From: Ranitomeya imitator | Lineage: Eukaryota | Reading direction: 5' to 3' | Assembly: GCF_032444005.1 (NCBI RefSeq) | Contig: NC_091287.1 | Span: 559,798,001-559,862,000 of the forward strand | Length of the DNA: 64,000 nucleotides | In this document: in pieces, positions 12,363-21,839 of the stretch | How positions within the stretch are numbered: position 1 is the stretch's first letter | How the letters are laid out: the number at the start of each line of letters is the position of its first letter | Notes under the pieces: generated by a model | Database searches by the model: none | The model's input: the letters and a program-made list of their open reading frames with translations, nothing else | Told to the model about the DNA's origin: nothing | Made by a program: the position numbers and the translations under genes

Positions 12363-13211
12363 TGTAACACCTCAGGAATTCGTTTGACACAGTGGTATTG
12401 CCTTCCTCACTGGGAGGGGGATGCCATGGCTGGAAGCGAGAAGGATCCCTTTAACAGGTAACACGTACATACAACACTGTTCTGACTCCAGGCCAGAAGG
12501 GGGAGCTCTAGACCTGGTTTGAGGGTAGCTTCCCTATATATTCTGGCTAGAAGAGGAGTTAGCAGTCAGTCTGTGAGGAAAGCTGGAGCACAGCAGCAGA
12601 TTAGAGCCCGGAGTCACCACGAGAAGGGACACCTGTAAAAAGGCTCGAGTTGCCTGCCATGTGGGTAGTGTCCAGGTTAGAGGACAGATTGAGAGTGGAC
12701 CTTGTATGAAGCCTAAGGCAACAAGGGACATGGAACACAGCACAGAAAGGAAGACTTCCAACCCCACCTGGCTAGGGGGATTCCGAATCACTTCCAGGCT
12801 GCTCGGATTCCAAAGACCACCTGTAATCTGTGTACCTAAACTACATCAGTAAAAGGCAAAGAGACTGCATGCAACCTTGTGTCCTCCAATTCTTTCCTGC
12901 ACTTCACCATCTATCTTCCTTGCCAATTGCAGTGGGAGCCCTGGGGACTAAGCTCTACCTGTGGGGATCTATACCACCTCTGCTGCAATACCATCATCCC
13001 CAGTGGACCCCTTTAGCAGCGTCGGCCATCCCTGGCCAAGTACCACAGGTGGCGTCACGAACATACTACATTAGACTTTATTCCCATTTCCATTAAACCC
13101 CTTTTTACTGGACGCCCAGGGCCACGCACCGGGTCACTGCAAACGTGAACACCCCTTTAAGAACGGAACCGGCCCGGTACTGAGAACCCCACGGTCCTAG
13201 GGGGCACTCCA
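12363..13211. mobile_element. Solo LTR (849 bp) inserted in the Tc1-A transposase
   Basis: TGTAACACC...GGGGCACTCCA; 4-bp TSD GAAG on both sides; transposase (EEWRKIPQ) resumes after it. Confidence 0.85.
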
Positions 13212-13684
13212 GAAGAATGGAGGAAAATCCCTCAAACAAGAATGGAAAGACTCTTGTCTGGTTACATGCATTGTGCACAAATTTTTGCATCAGCCTATTT
13301 TCCTTTTTGTAATTTTTAAAATATAAAAGATAAAATATATATTTTTTCTTGCATAACATACAATGGTAATGTGTCAGCGGTAACTTTAAGCCTTTTATAG
13401 ATCACTAGTGATGAGCGAGTGTGCTCGATACTTGCGTTTTCCTAGCATGCTCGGGTGGTCTCCGAGTATTTTGGGTGTGCTCGTATATTATGTTTGAGTC
13501 CCCGCAGCTGCATGATTTGTGACTGCTAGACAGCCTGAATACATGTGGGTAGGGTTGAGCGAAATGGATCGGCCAATTTCAAAAGTCGTCGACTTTTGGC
13601 AAAGTCGGGTTTCGTAAAACCCGACCCGATCCCACTGTGGGATCGGGTCGGCGGTCGGCGATCTTCGCTCCAAAGTCGGGTTTC

Positions 13685-13724
<40 letters not shown>

Positions 13725-13728
<4 letters not shown>

Positions 13729-14190
13729 CGAGTATGAAGAAAGGAGCGCACTACCTGGACGTTCGCTGCGGGTGAACTTTATTGCAAAAGCATAAAAGAC
13801 ATCTTCACGACCGGGGGTGCTGTGAAAGGAGTGCGGCAAAGCTAGACGACGGCCGTTTCGCGCCCGACCGGCGCTTCAACGGGTCAATGTCACATTGACC
13901 CGTTGAAGAGCCGGTCGGGCGCGAAACGGCCATCGTCTAGCTTTGCCGCACTCCTTTCACAGCACCCCCGGTCGTGAAGATGTCTTTTATGCTTTTGCAA
14001 TAAAGTTCACCCGCAGCGAACGTCCAGGTAGTGCGCTCCTTTCTTCATACTCGTTATTCACTTGTGGCTGCTTTCCGTGGAGTCTCGCACCCAGGACTGA
14101 GCTTTTCCTCCAAGACACAGGTGAGCGGTTCCCACAGTATCCTTTGGCGGTGGTGCCGCCCGGCTGTTTTCTCTTTGTTTGCATATATAT
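13725..14190 (+). mobile_element. Penelope-like element (PLE) terminal fragment with an inverted 5' arm
   Basis: 166-bp inverted arms; hammerhead-shaped motif ...GAAACGGCC(G/A)TCGTC; AATAAA at 13999-14004 followed by GGTAGTGCG. No RT or GIY-YIG coding sequence is present, so the family call is inferred from this architecture. Confidence 0.6.
13845..13885 (-). ncRNA. Putative minimal type I hammerhead-like RNA motif, variant core
   Basis: Minus strand GAC CCGTTGAA GCGCC-GGTCG-GGCGC GAAAC-GGCC-GTC GTC; a mirror copy on + at 13897-13937 carries two substitutions. Confidence 0.5.
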
Positions 14191-14206
14191 ACTGTATATA
14201 TATATA

Positions 14207-15909
14207 TTAGCTATTGAACCCGTTCTACGCCCGGGTGGCGAGCATTTATATTGGTATATGGTCTCCATCCTGGTATGTGCTGCTCGATCCTGCGTCCCCA
14301 TCCTGTCATGTGCTGCTCCATCCTGGGCCCCATTCTGTCATGTGCTGCTCCCATCCTGCGCCCCCGTTCTGTCATGTGCTGCTGCATCCTGCACCCCCAT
14401 CCTGTCATGTGCTGCTCCCATCCTGCGCCCCCGTTCTGTCATGTGCTGCTCCATCCTGCGCCCCCATCCTGACATGTGCTGCACCCATCCTGCGCCCCCA
14501 TTCTGTCATGTGCTGCTCCCATCCTGCGCCCCCATTCTATCATGTGCTGCTCCCATCCTGCGCCCCCGTTCTGTCATGTGCTGCTCCCATCCTGCGCCCC
14601 CGTTCTGTCATGTGCTGCTTCCATCCTGCACCCCCGATCTGTCATGTGCTGCTCCCATCCTGCGCCCCGTTCTGTCATGTGCTGCTCCCATCCTGCGCCC
14701 CCATTCTGTCATTTGCTGCTCCCATTCTGCGCCCCCATTCGGTCATGTGCTGCTCCCATCCTGCGCCCCCGTTCTGTCATGTGCTGCTCCATCCTGAGCC
14801 CCCATCCTGACATGTGCTGCACCCATCCTGCGCCCCCATTCTGTCATTTGCTGCTCCCATTCTGCGCCCCCATTCGGTCATGTGCTGCTCCCATCCTGCG
14901 CCCCCGTTCTGTCATGTGCTGCTGCCATCCTGCACCCCCGTTCTGTCATGTGCTGCCCTATTCTGTCATGTGCTGCTCCCATCCTGCGCCACCGTTCTTT
15001 AATTTGCTGCTCCCATCCATATGCCCCATACGCTGCTCCATAATATGCTCCATAGTATATGCCCCGTATCAGGTGGCGTAAGTAACAAATAGCTGTGGCA
15101 TGAAGTGCCACAGCCTCATGCCACAGCAATTTGTTACTTGCGCCACCTGATTCCTTTCCGCCGCCATTTTCTTGGTCCTCCTGCTGGCGGAATCGGCGCC
15201 TGCGCAGTCCGTGCTTTCCGGCACCATTTTTTTGAAGACACACTGCAGTGTGTCTTCAAGAAAATGGCGCCGGAAAGCGAGGACAGCGCAGGCGCCAATT
15301 CCGGCAGCAGGACCAAGAAAATGGCGGCGGAAAGGAATCAGGTGGCGTAAGTAACAAATTGCTGTGACATAAAGTGCCACAGCTTCATGCCACAGCAATT
15401 TGCTACTTACGACATTCCTTTCCGCCCATTTTCTTCATCCTCCTGCTGCAGGAATCGGCGCCTGCGCAGTCCGTGCTTTCCAGCGCCATTTTCTTGAATG
15501 CACACTTCAGTGCGCAGGCGCCGATTCCGGCAGCAGGACAAAGAAAATCGCGGCGGAAAGGAATCAGGTGGCATAAGTAACAAATTGCTGTGGCATGAAA
15601 AGCTTGCAGTGTGTCTTCAAGAAAATGGCGCCGGAAAGCGCGGACTGTGCAGGCGCCGATTCCGGCAGCAGGAGGACGAAGAAATGGGCAGAAAGGAATG
15701 GCGTAAGTAACAAATTGCTGTGGCATGAAGTGCCACAGCATAATCGGAGCGCAAATATGTGCACGGTGTCCCCCTGCTCCCGACCCCCTGCTCCCGGCAG
15801 TCCGCGCCTTCCGGCGCCATTTTTTTTCCTGACACTCTATAATGTAACGCTAGGAGCGTCGCGCCTGCGCAGTCTATAAAGGCTTCGTACAGAGTAACAC
15901 TCCCAGCGT

Positions 15910-15920
<11 letters not shown>
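14207..15920 (-). mobile_element. Non-autonomous Helitron-like element with an internal minisatellite
   Basis: Minus-strand 3' end has hairpin ACCCG-N9-CGGGT and ends CTAA|T (fits CTRR); the 5' end merges into (TA)n near 15920, so the TC terminus is not resolved. Confidence 0.55.
14270..15060. repeat. ~31-34 bp minisatellite (CTGTCATGTGCTGCTCCCATCCTGCGCCCCC.TT)n
   Basis: Direct periodicity; it generates the spurious Cys/His/Pro-rich ORFs in the track. Confidence 0.9.
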
Positions 15921-15948
<28 letters not shown>

Positions 15949-16239
15949 CAGTATATGTCATTGAGACACATATATATATATATATACAGTGGGGCAAAAA
16001 AGTATTTAGTCAGTCAGCAATAGTGCAAGTTCCACCACTTAAAAAGATGAGAGGCGTCTGTAATTTGCATCATAGGTAGACCTCAACTATGGGAGACAAA
16101 CTGAGAAAAAAAAATACAGAAAATCACATTGTCTGTTTTTTTAACATTTTATTTGCATATTATGGTGGAAAATAAGTATTTGGTCAGAAACAAACAATCA
16201 AGATTTCTGGCTCTCACAGACCTGTAACTTCTTCTTTAA

Positions 16240-16966
16240 AGGCCCCTTCACATTTAGCGACGCTGCAGCGATACCGACAACGATCCGAATCGCTGCAGCG
16301 TCGCTGTTTGGTCGCTGGAGAGCTGTCACACAGACCGCTCTCCAGCGACCAACGATGCCGGTAACCAGGGTAAACATCGGGTAACTAAGCGCAGGGCCGC
16401 GCTTAGTAACCCGATGTTTACCCTGGTTACCATGCTAAAAGTAAAAAAAAAACAAACAGTACATACTTACCTACAGCCGTCTGTCCTCCAGCGCTGCGCT
16501 CTGCTTCTCTGCTCTCCTCCTGTACTGTCTGGGAGCCGGAAAGCAGAGCAGTGACGTCACCGCTCTGCTTTCCGGCTCACAGCCAGTACAGGAAGAGTGC
16601 AGAGCACAGCGCTGGAGGACAGACAGCGTTAGGTAAGTATGTACTGTTTGTTTTTTTTTACTTTTAGCATGGTAACCAGGGTAAACATCGGGTTACTAAG
16701 CGCGGCCCTGCGCTTAGTTACCCGATGTTTACCCTGGTTACCAGTGAAGACATCGCTGGATCGGTGTCACACACGCCGATCCAGCGATGTCTCCAGGGAG
16801 TCCAGCGACGAAATAAAGTTCTGGACTTTATTCAGCGACCAACGATCTCCCAGCAGGGGCCTGATCGTTGGTCGCTGTCACACATAACGATTTCATTAAC
16901 GATATCGTTGTTACGTCACAAATAGCAACGATATCGTTAACAATATCGTTATGTGTGAAGGTACCT
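16240..16966. mobile_element. MITE with TAA TSD (PIF/Harbinger-like) inside Tc1-B
   Basis: Ends AGGCCCCTTCACA / TGTGAAGGTACCT; TAA at 16237-16239 and 16967-16969; two internal ~70-bp palindromes (GGTAACCAGGGTAAACATCGGG...CCCGATGTTTACCCTGGTTACC). Confidence 0.85.
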
Positions 16967-17083
16967 TAAGAGTCTCCTCTTTCCTCCACTCATTACCTGT
17001 AGTAATGGCACCTGTTTAAACTTGTTATCAGTATAAAAAGACACCTGTGCACACCCTCAAACAGTCTGACTCCAAACTCCACT

Positions 17084-18106
17084 ATGGTGAAGACCAAAGA
17101 GCTGTCAAAGGACACCAGAAACAAAACTGTAGCCCTGCACCAGGCTGGGAAGACTGAATCTGCAATAGCCAACCAGCTTGGAGTGAAGAAATCAACAGTG
17201 GGAGCAATAATTAGAAAATGGAAGACATACAAGACCACTGATAATCTCCCTCGAGCTGGGGCTCCACGCAAAATCCCACCTCGTGGGGTCAGAATGATCA
17301 CAAGAACGGTGAGCAAAAATCCCAGAACCACGCGGGGGGACCTAGTGAATGAACTGCAGAGAGCTGGGACCAATGTAATAAGGCCTACCATAAGTAACAC
17401 ACTACGCCACCATGGACTCAGATCCTGCAGTGCCAGACGTGTCCCACTGCTTAAGCCAGTACATGTCCGGGCCCGTCTGAAATTTGCTAGAGAGCATTTG
17501 GATGATCCAGAGGAGTTTTGGGAGAATGTCCTATGGTCTGATGAAACCAAACTGGAACTGTTTGGTAGAAACACAACTTGTCGTGTTTGGAGGAAAAAGA
17601 ATACTGAGTTGCATCCATCAAATACCATACCTACTGTAAAGCATGGTGGTGGAAACATCATGCTTTGGGGCTGTTTCTCTGCAAAGGGGCCAGGACGACT
17701 GATCCGGGTACATGAAAGAATGAATGGGGCCATGTATCGTGACATTTTGAGTGCAAACCTCCTTCCATCAGCAAGGGCATTGAAGATGAAACGTGGCTGG
17801 GTCTTTTAACATGACAATGATCCAAAGCACACCGCCAGGGCAACGAAGGAGTGGCTTCGTAAGAAGCATTTCAAGGTCCTGTAGTGGCCTAGCCAGTCTC
17901 CAGATCTCAACCCTATAGAAAACCTTTGGAGGGAGTTGAAAGTCCGCGTTGCCAAGCGAAAAGCCAAAAACATCACTGCTCTAGAGGAGATCTGCATGGA
18001 GGAATGGGCCAACATACCAACAATAGTGTGTGGCAACCTTGTGAAGACTTACAGAAAACGTTTGACCTCTGTCATTGCCAACAAAGGATATATTACAAAG
18101 TATTGA
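17084..18106 (+). pseudogene. Tc1-B transposase with two nonsense codons
   Basis: [10 protein letters not shown]..., [17 protein letters not shown]; TAA at 17807-17809 (CAA in the Tc1-C copy) and TAG near 17882 (GAG in Tc1-C). Confidence 0.92.
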
Positions 18107-18319
18107 GATTAAATTTTGTTTCTGACCAATACTTATTTTCCACCATAATATGCAAATAAATTGTTAAAAAAAAGAGACAATGTGATTTTCTGGATTTTTT
18201 TTCTCAGTTTATCTCCCATAGTTGAGGTCTACCTATGATGTAAATTACAGACGCCTCTCATCTTTTTAAGTGGTGGCACTATTGCTGACTGACTAAATAC
18301 TTTTTTGCCCCACTGTATG

Positions 18320-20105
18320 TATATATATTTATATTTACTTCAGCGCGATACAGCAGAACAGCCGGTAATTCAATTGCCGGCTTTGCTATCTCCTTCCTAA
18401 ACCCGACATGATATGAGACATGGTTTACATACAGTAAACCATCTCATATCCCCATTTTTTTTGCATATTCCACACTACTAATGTTAGTAGTGTGTATGTG
18501 GAAAATTTGGGCGCTGTAGCTATTAAATTTAAGGGTTAAATCGCGGAAAAAATTGGCATGGGCTCCTGCGCAATTTTCTCCGCCATAGTGGTAAAGCCAG
18601 TGACTGAGGGCAGATATTAATAGCCTAGAGAGGGACCATAGATATTGCCCCCCCCCCCCGGCTAAAAACATCTGCCCCCAGCCACCCCAGAAAAGGCACA
18701 TCTGGAAGATGCGCCTATTCTGGCACTTGGCCACTCTCTTCCCATTCCTGTGTAGCGGTGGGATATGGGGTAATGAAGGGTTAATGTCACCTTGCTATTG
18801 TAAGGTGACATTAAGCCAGATTAATAATGGAGAGGTGTCAATTATGACACCTCTCCATTATTAATCCAATTGTATGAAAGAGTTAAAAAACACACACACA
18901 TTATTACAAAGTCTTTTAATGAAATAAACACACAGGTTGTTGTAATATTTTATTATCCTGGTAATCCACCTGAAGACCCTCGCTCTGTAACAAAGGAAAA
19001 ATAAAAAAACAACAATATACATACCTTCCGATGATCTGTCACGTCCCACGCTGTAAATCCATCTGAAGTGGTTAAATTATTTTACAGGCAGGAGCTCTGC
19101 TATAATGCAGCTGTGCTTGTGGCTGTAAAACCCCGGGGAATGAATGGAATGTAGGTCAATGACCTGTAGTTACCTTCATTCATGGTGAGGCGCCCTCTGC
19201 TGGATGTCCTCATATGACCTCAAGCATGGGAAAATATTCTGAAAAGTTCCCAGGCTCGAGTTCATATGAGGACATCCAGCAGAGGGCGCCTCACCGCGAA
19301 TGAAGGTAACTACAGGTCATTGACCTACTTTCCATTCATTCACTGGGGTTTTACTGGCATTATAGCAGAGCTCCTGCCTGTAAAATAATTTAACCCCATC
19401 AGATGGATTTACATCGTGGGACATATCGACGGAAGGATTGAGATATTGTTGGTTTATTATTTTTAATTTGTTACAGGTCAAGGGTCTTCAGGTGGATTAC
19501 CAGGATAATATAATATTACAACAACCTGTGGGTTTATATCATTAAAATACTTTGCAATACTGTGTGTGTTTTTTAACCATTTCATGCTATTGGATTAATA
19601 ATGGATAGGTGTCATAATTGACGCCTCTCCATTATTAATCTGGCTTAATGTCACCTTACAATAGCAAGGTGATATTAACCCTTCATTACCCCATATCCCA
19701 CCGCTACACGGGAATGGGAAGAGAGTGGCCAAGTGCCAGAATAGGCGCATCTTCCAGATGTGCCTTTTCTGGGGTGGCTGGGGGCAGATGTTTTTAGCCA
19801 GGGGGGCCAATAACCATGGACCCTCTCCAGGCTAATAATATCTGCCCTCAGTCACTGGCTTTGCTACTCTGGCGGAGAAAATTGTGTGGGAGCCCACGCC
19901 AATTTTTTCCGCGATTTAACCCTTAAATTTAATAGCTACAGCGCCCAAATTATCCACATACACACTACTAACATTAGTAGTGTGGAATATGCAAAAAAAG
20001 GGGGATATGAGATGGTTTACTGTATGTATTAGGAAGGAGAAATGAAAAGCCGGCAATTGAATTACCGGCTGTTCTGCTATATCGCGCTGAAATAAATATA
20101 AATAT
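18320..20105. repeat. ~1.8-kb imperfect fold-back (long inverted repeat) inside hAT MITE B
   Basis: Left ...CAGCGCGATACAGCAGAACAGCCGGTAATTCAATTGCCGG mirrors right CCGGCAATTGAATTACCGGCTGTTCTGCTATATCGCGCTG; centre near 19240. Confidence 0.88.
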
Positions 20106-21839
20106 ATAGAGATTTCCCATTGACTTGCATTGGGTTTTGTGTTTCGGCCGATCCCCGACCCGGCTTTTCAAGATAATTGGCCGATTTCACTCGACTCAAC
20201 TTTTGAGAAAGTCGGGTTTCGCGAAACCCGACTCGACCTCAAAAAAGGAAAAGTCGCTCAACCCTACATGTGGGGATTCCCTAACAAACAGGCAATTCCA
20301 GCATCTGTTCAGGTTGTCTAACAGCCGCAAATTATGCAGCTGCGGTGACTCAAACATAATCTACGAGCACGCCCAAAATACTCGGAGACCACCCGAGCAT
20401 GCTCGGAAAACCCGAGTAACGAGCACACCTGCTCATCGCTAGAGATCATCTTCCACTTGCTTATCTGTTCACAATGACAGTAATTTTGACTTGGGGTGCC
20501 CAAACTTTTACATGTAATGTGTTGTGCCTAGTGATGAACCTAAAAGGAGCAGTCAGGGACCGTAGAATGAGTGCTGCTCTGCAGAATGCGCAATATCTGC
20601 AGTCGGATATTATTGAATTGTAAAACAATCTTAAGCGAGGGGCTTTTCTGAATGGATTAACATCTCGGCTGATCATTACGATGGACCATCCTTGGGTGGC
20701 TTGACGTTTGGGACCCTATCCATTAGCAGCACGCGGGGGCAGAGCGCGTCAGTAAGAAAGAGCACTGTGATACCATCACAGATCAGGCTCTACTGTTCTA
20801 ACTTCTATGGTCCTTGGATGTCAATTTTCCGAGGGTCCGACCATGTTGTTGCGACTTTTACGGTCCTCAGCCATCTCCTTTGTTTGCCCCATCCTCGCTG
20901 CTGCTCAGAAAGCTCCAGTGTATCACTGAGACGTCCAGAGACGTTTGTTTAGAAGGTCACTGATTCCTCGCGTCGTCCTTTCAATAATGCAGTAACTTCC
21001 CGATGTCTCTATCTGGTCTTATGACGATACATGAATTAAACATCTGTTCCCCGCATGGAAATTGTCTAAGTGCTTTTTGTGTTTTTTTGTGTTTTTTTTT
21101 TCCTTTCACCTGGTGGTTTTTGGTGCATTTAAACTTTGATGCATGAATACTCTAACAAATTGGTGGAGATGTACAGGCGGCAGAAGATCGTGTCGGAACA
21201 AGGGTCGGATAAAACAAGAATATGTTCTTCTGAGTTTGTGTGAAATGAGCTGACTAAGGAGAAACGTGCGGGGGGTGGATGGGCTCTCGGAGGAGACGAC
21301 TTCCGTCTCGAACGGCTCGGAAAATGAGAAGAAGGAAGAAAAACCTAAATACGACAATGGCCTCGTAACCAAGAGTGCACCATGCATCAGCCGGCAGATG
21401 TCCGGTAGAGGGAGGCCTGACCAAACATTCTCCGACCTATGTTTTTGAAATATAGACCCCCAGTCCACAACACCAGATGTTTTATCCTAAATTTGGATGA
21501 GAACAGCTGAAAATGCAAAAACATCGTCAACGATAGGTCCAATCTGTAGTCAAAAGAGCACTGAAATCAAAGGGTGAATGATGGACATTTTCGAAGATGC
21601 AGAGCTCAGGAGTAGCCACAATAGAATATAGAATATATGAGTTTCAACTTTTGTATTGAAGAACTGAACTAAATTCACTTTTTGATGACATTCTAATTTT
21701 GTGAGAAGCACTTATGTATAATTTAATCTTAAATTTCATCAGAAACGCAGAAAATTTCTAAAGGGTCAAATTGAAATAATCACATCAGTATTTTCTGAAA
21801 ATACAATTCTTCTGGGGGTCAGTGTTCCCCAATATTTTT

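Larger units (their letters stand above)
15987..18315 (+). mobile_element. Tc1/mariner DD34E element 'Tc1-B' with ~200-bp TIRs
   Basis: CAGTGGGGCAAAAAAGTATTTAG...CTAAATACTTTTTTGCCCCACTG, TA on both sides. Confidence 0.95.
13550..20266. mobile_element. hAT-type MITE B nested in MITE A
   Basis: TIR TAGGGTTGAGCGA / TCGCTCAACCCTA; perfect 8-bp TSD CATGTGGG (13542-13549, 20267-20274). Confidence 0.92.
13406..20441. mobile_element. hAT-type MITE A (native size ~310 bp) inflated by nested insertions
   Basis: TIR TAGTGATGAGCGAG / CTGCTCATCGCTA with long subterminal inverted homology; 8-bp TSD TAGATCAC / GAGATCAT (6/8). Confidence 0.8.
3030..20520 (+). mobile_element. Old Tc1/mariner (DD34E) element 'Tc1-A', fragmented by nested insertions
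   Basis: Left end AAAGTTTGGGCACCCCTG.TCAAAATTACTGTCAT.GTGAACAG (~3042-3082) is matched in reverse complement at ~20465-20510. Transposase fragments rejoin across insertions (~3711-3888, 4282-4461, 11814-12362, 13212-~13290): LWADEVKVELFG and DKDPEH...WPSQSPGLSIIE with 34-residue D-E spacing. Outer ends are approximate. Confidence 0.8.

Noticed and set aside
14211-15081. Cys/His/Pro-rich metallothionein- or keratin-associated-like ORFs (also 29736-30575, 26827-27267, 47908-49181)
   Set aside because: Overlapping ORFs in all frames arising from minisatellites, with frequent frame-breaking unit-length changes.
21266-21448. 60-aa ORF (MRGVDGLSEETT...) as a host exon
   Set aside because: No recognisable domain or convincing splice sites; the start codon is non-ATG.
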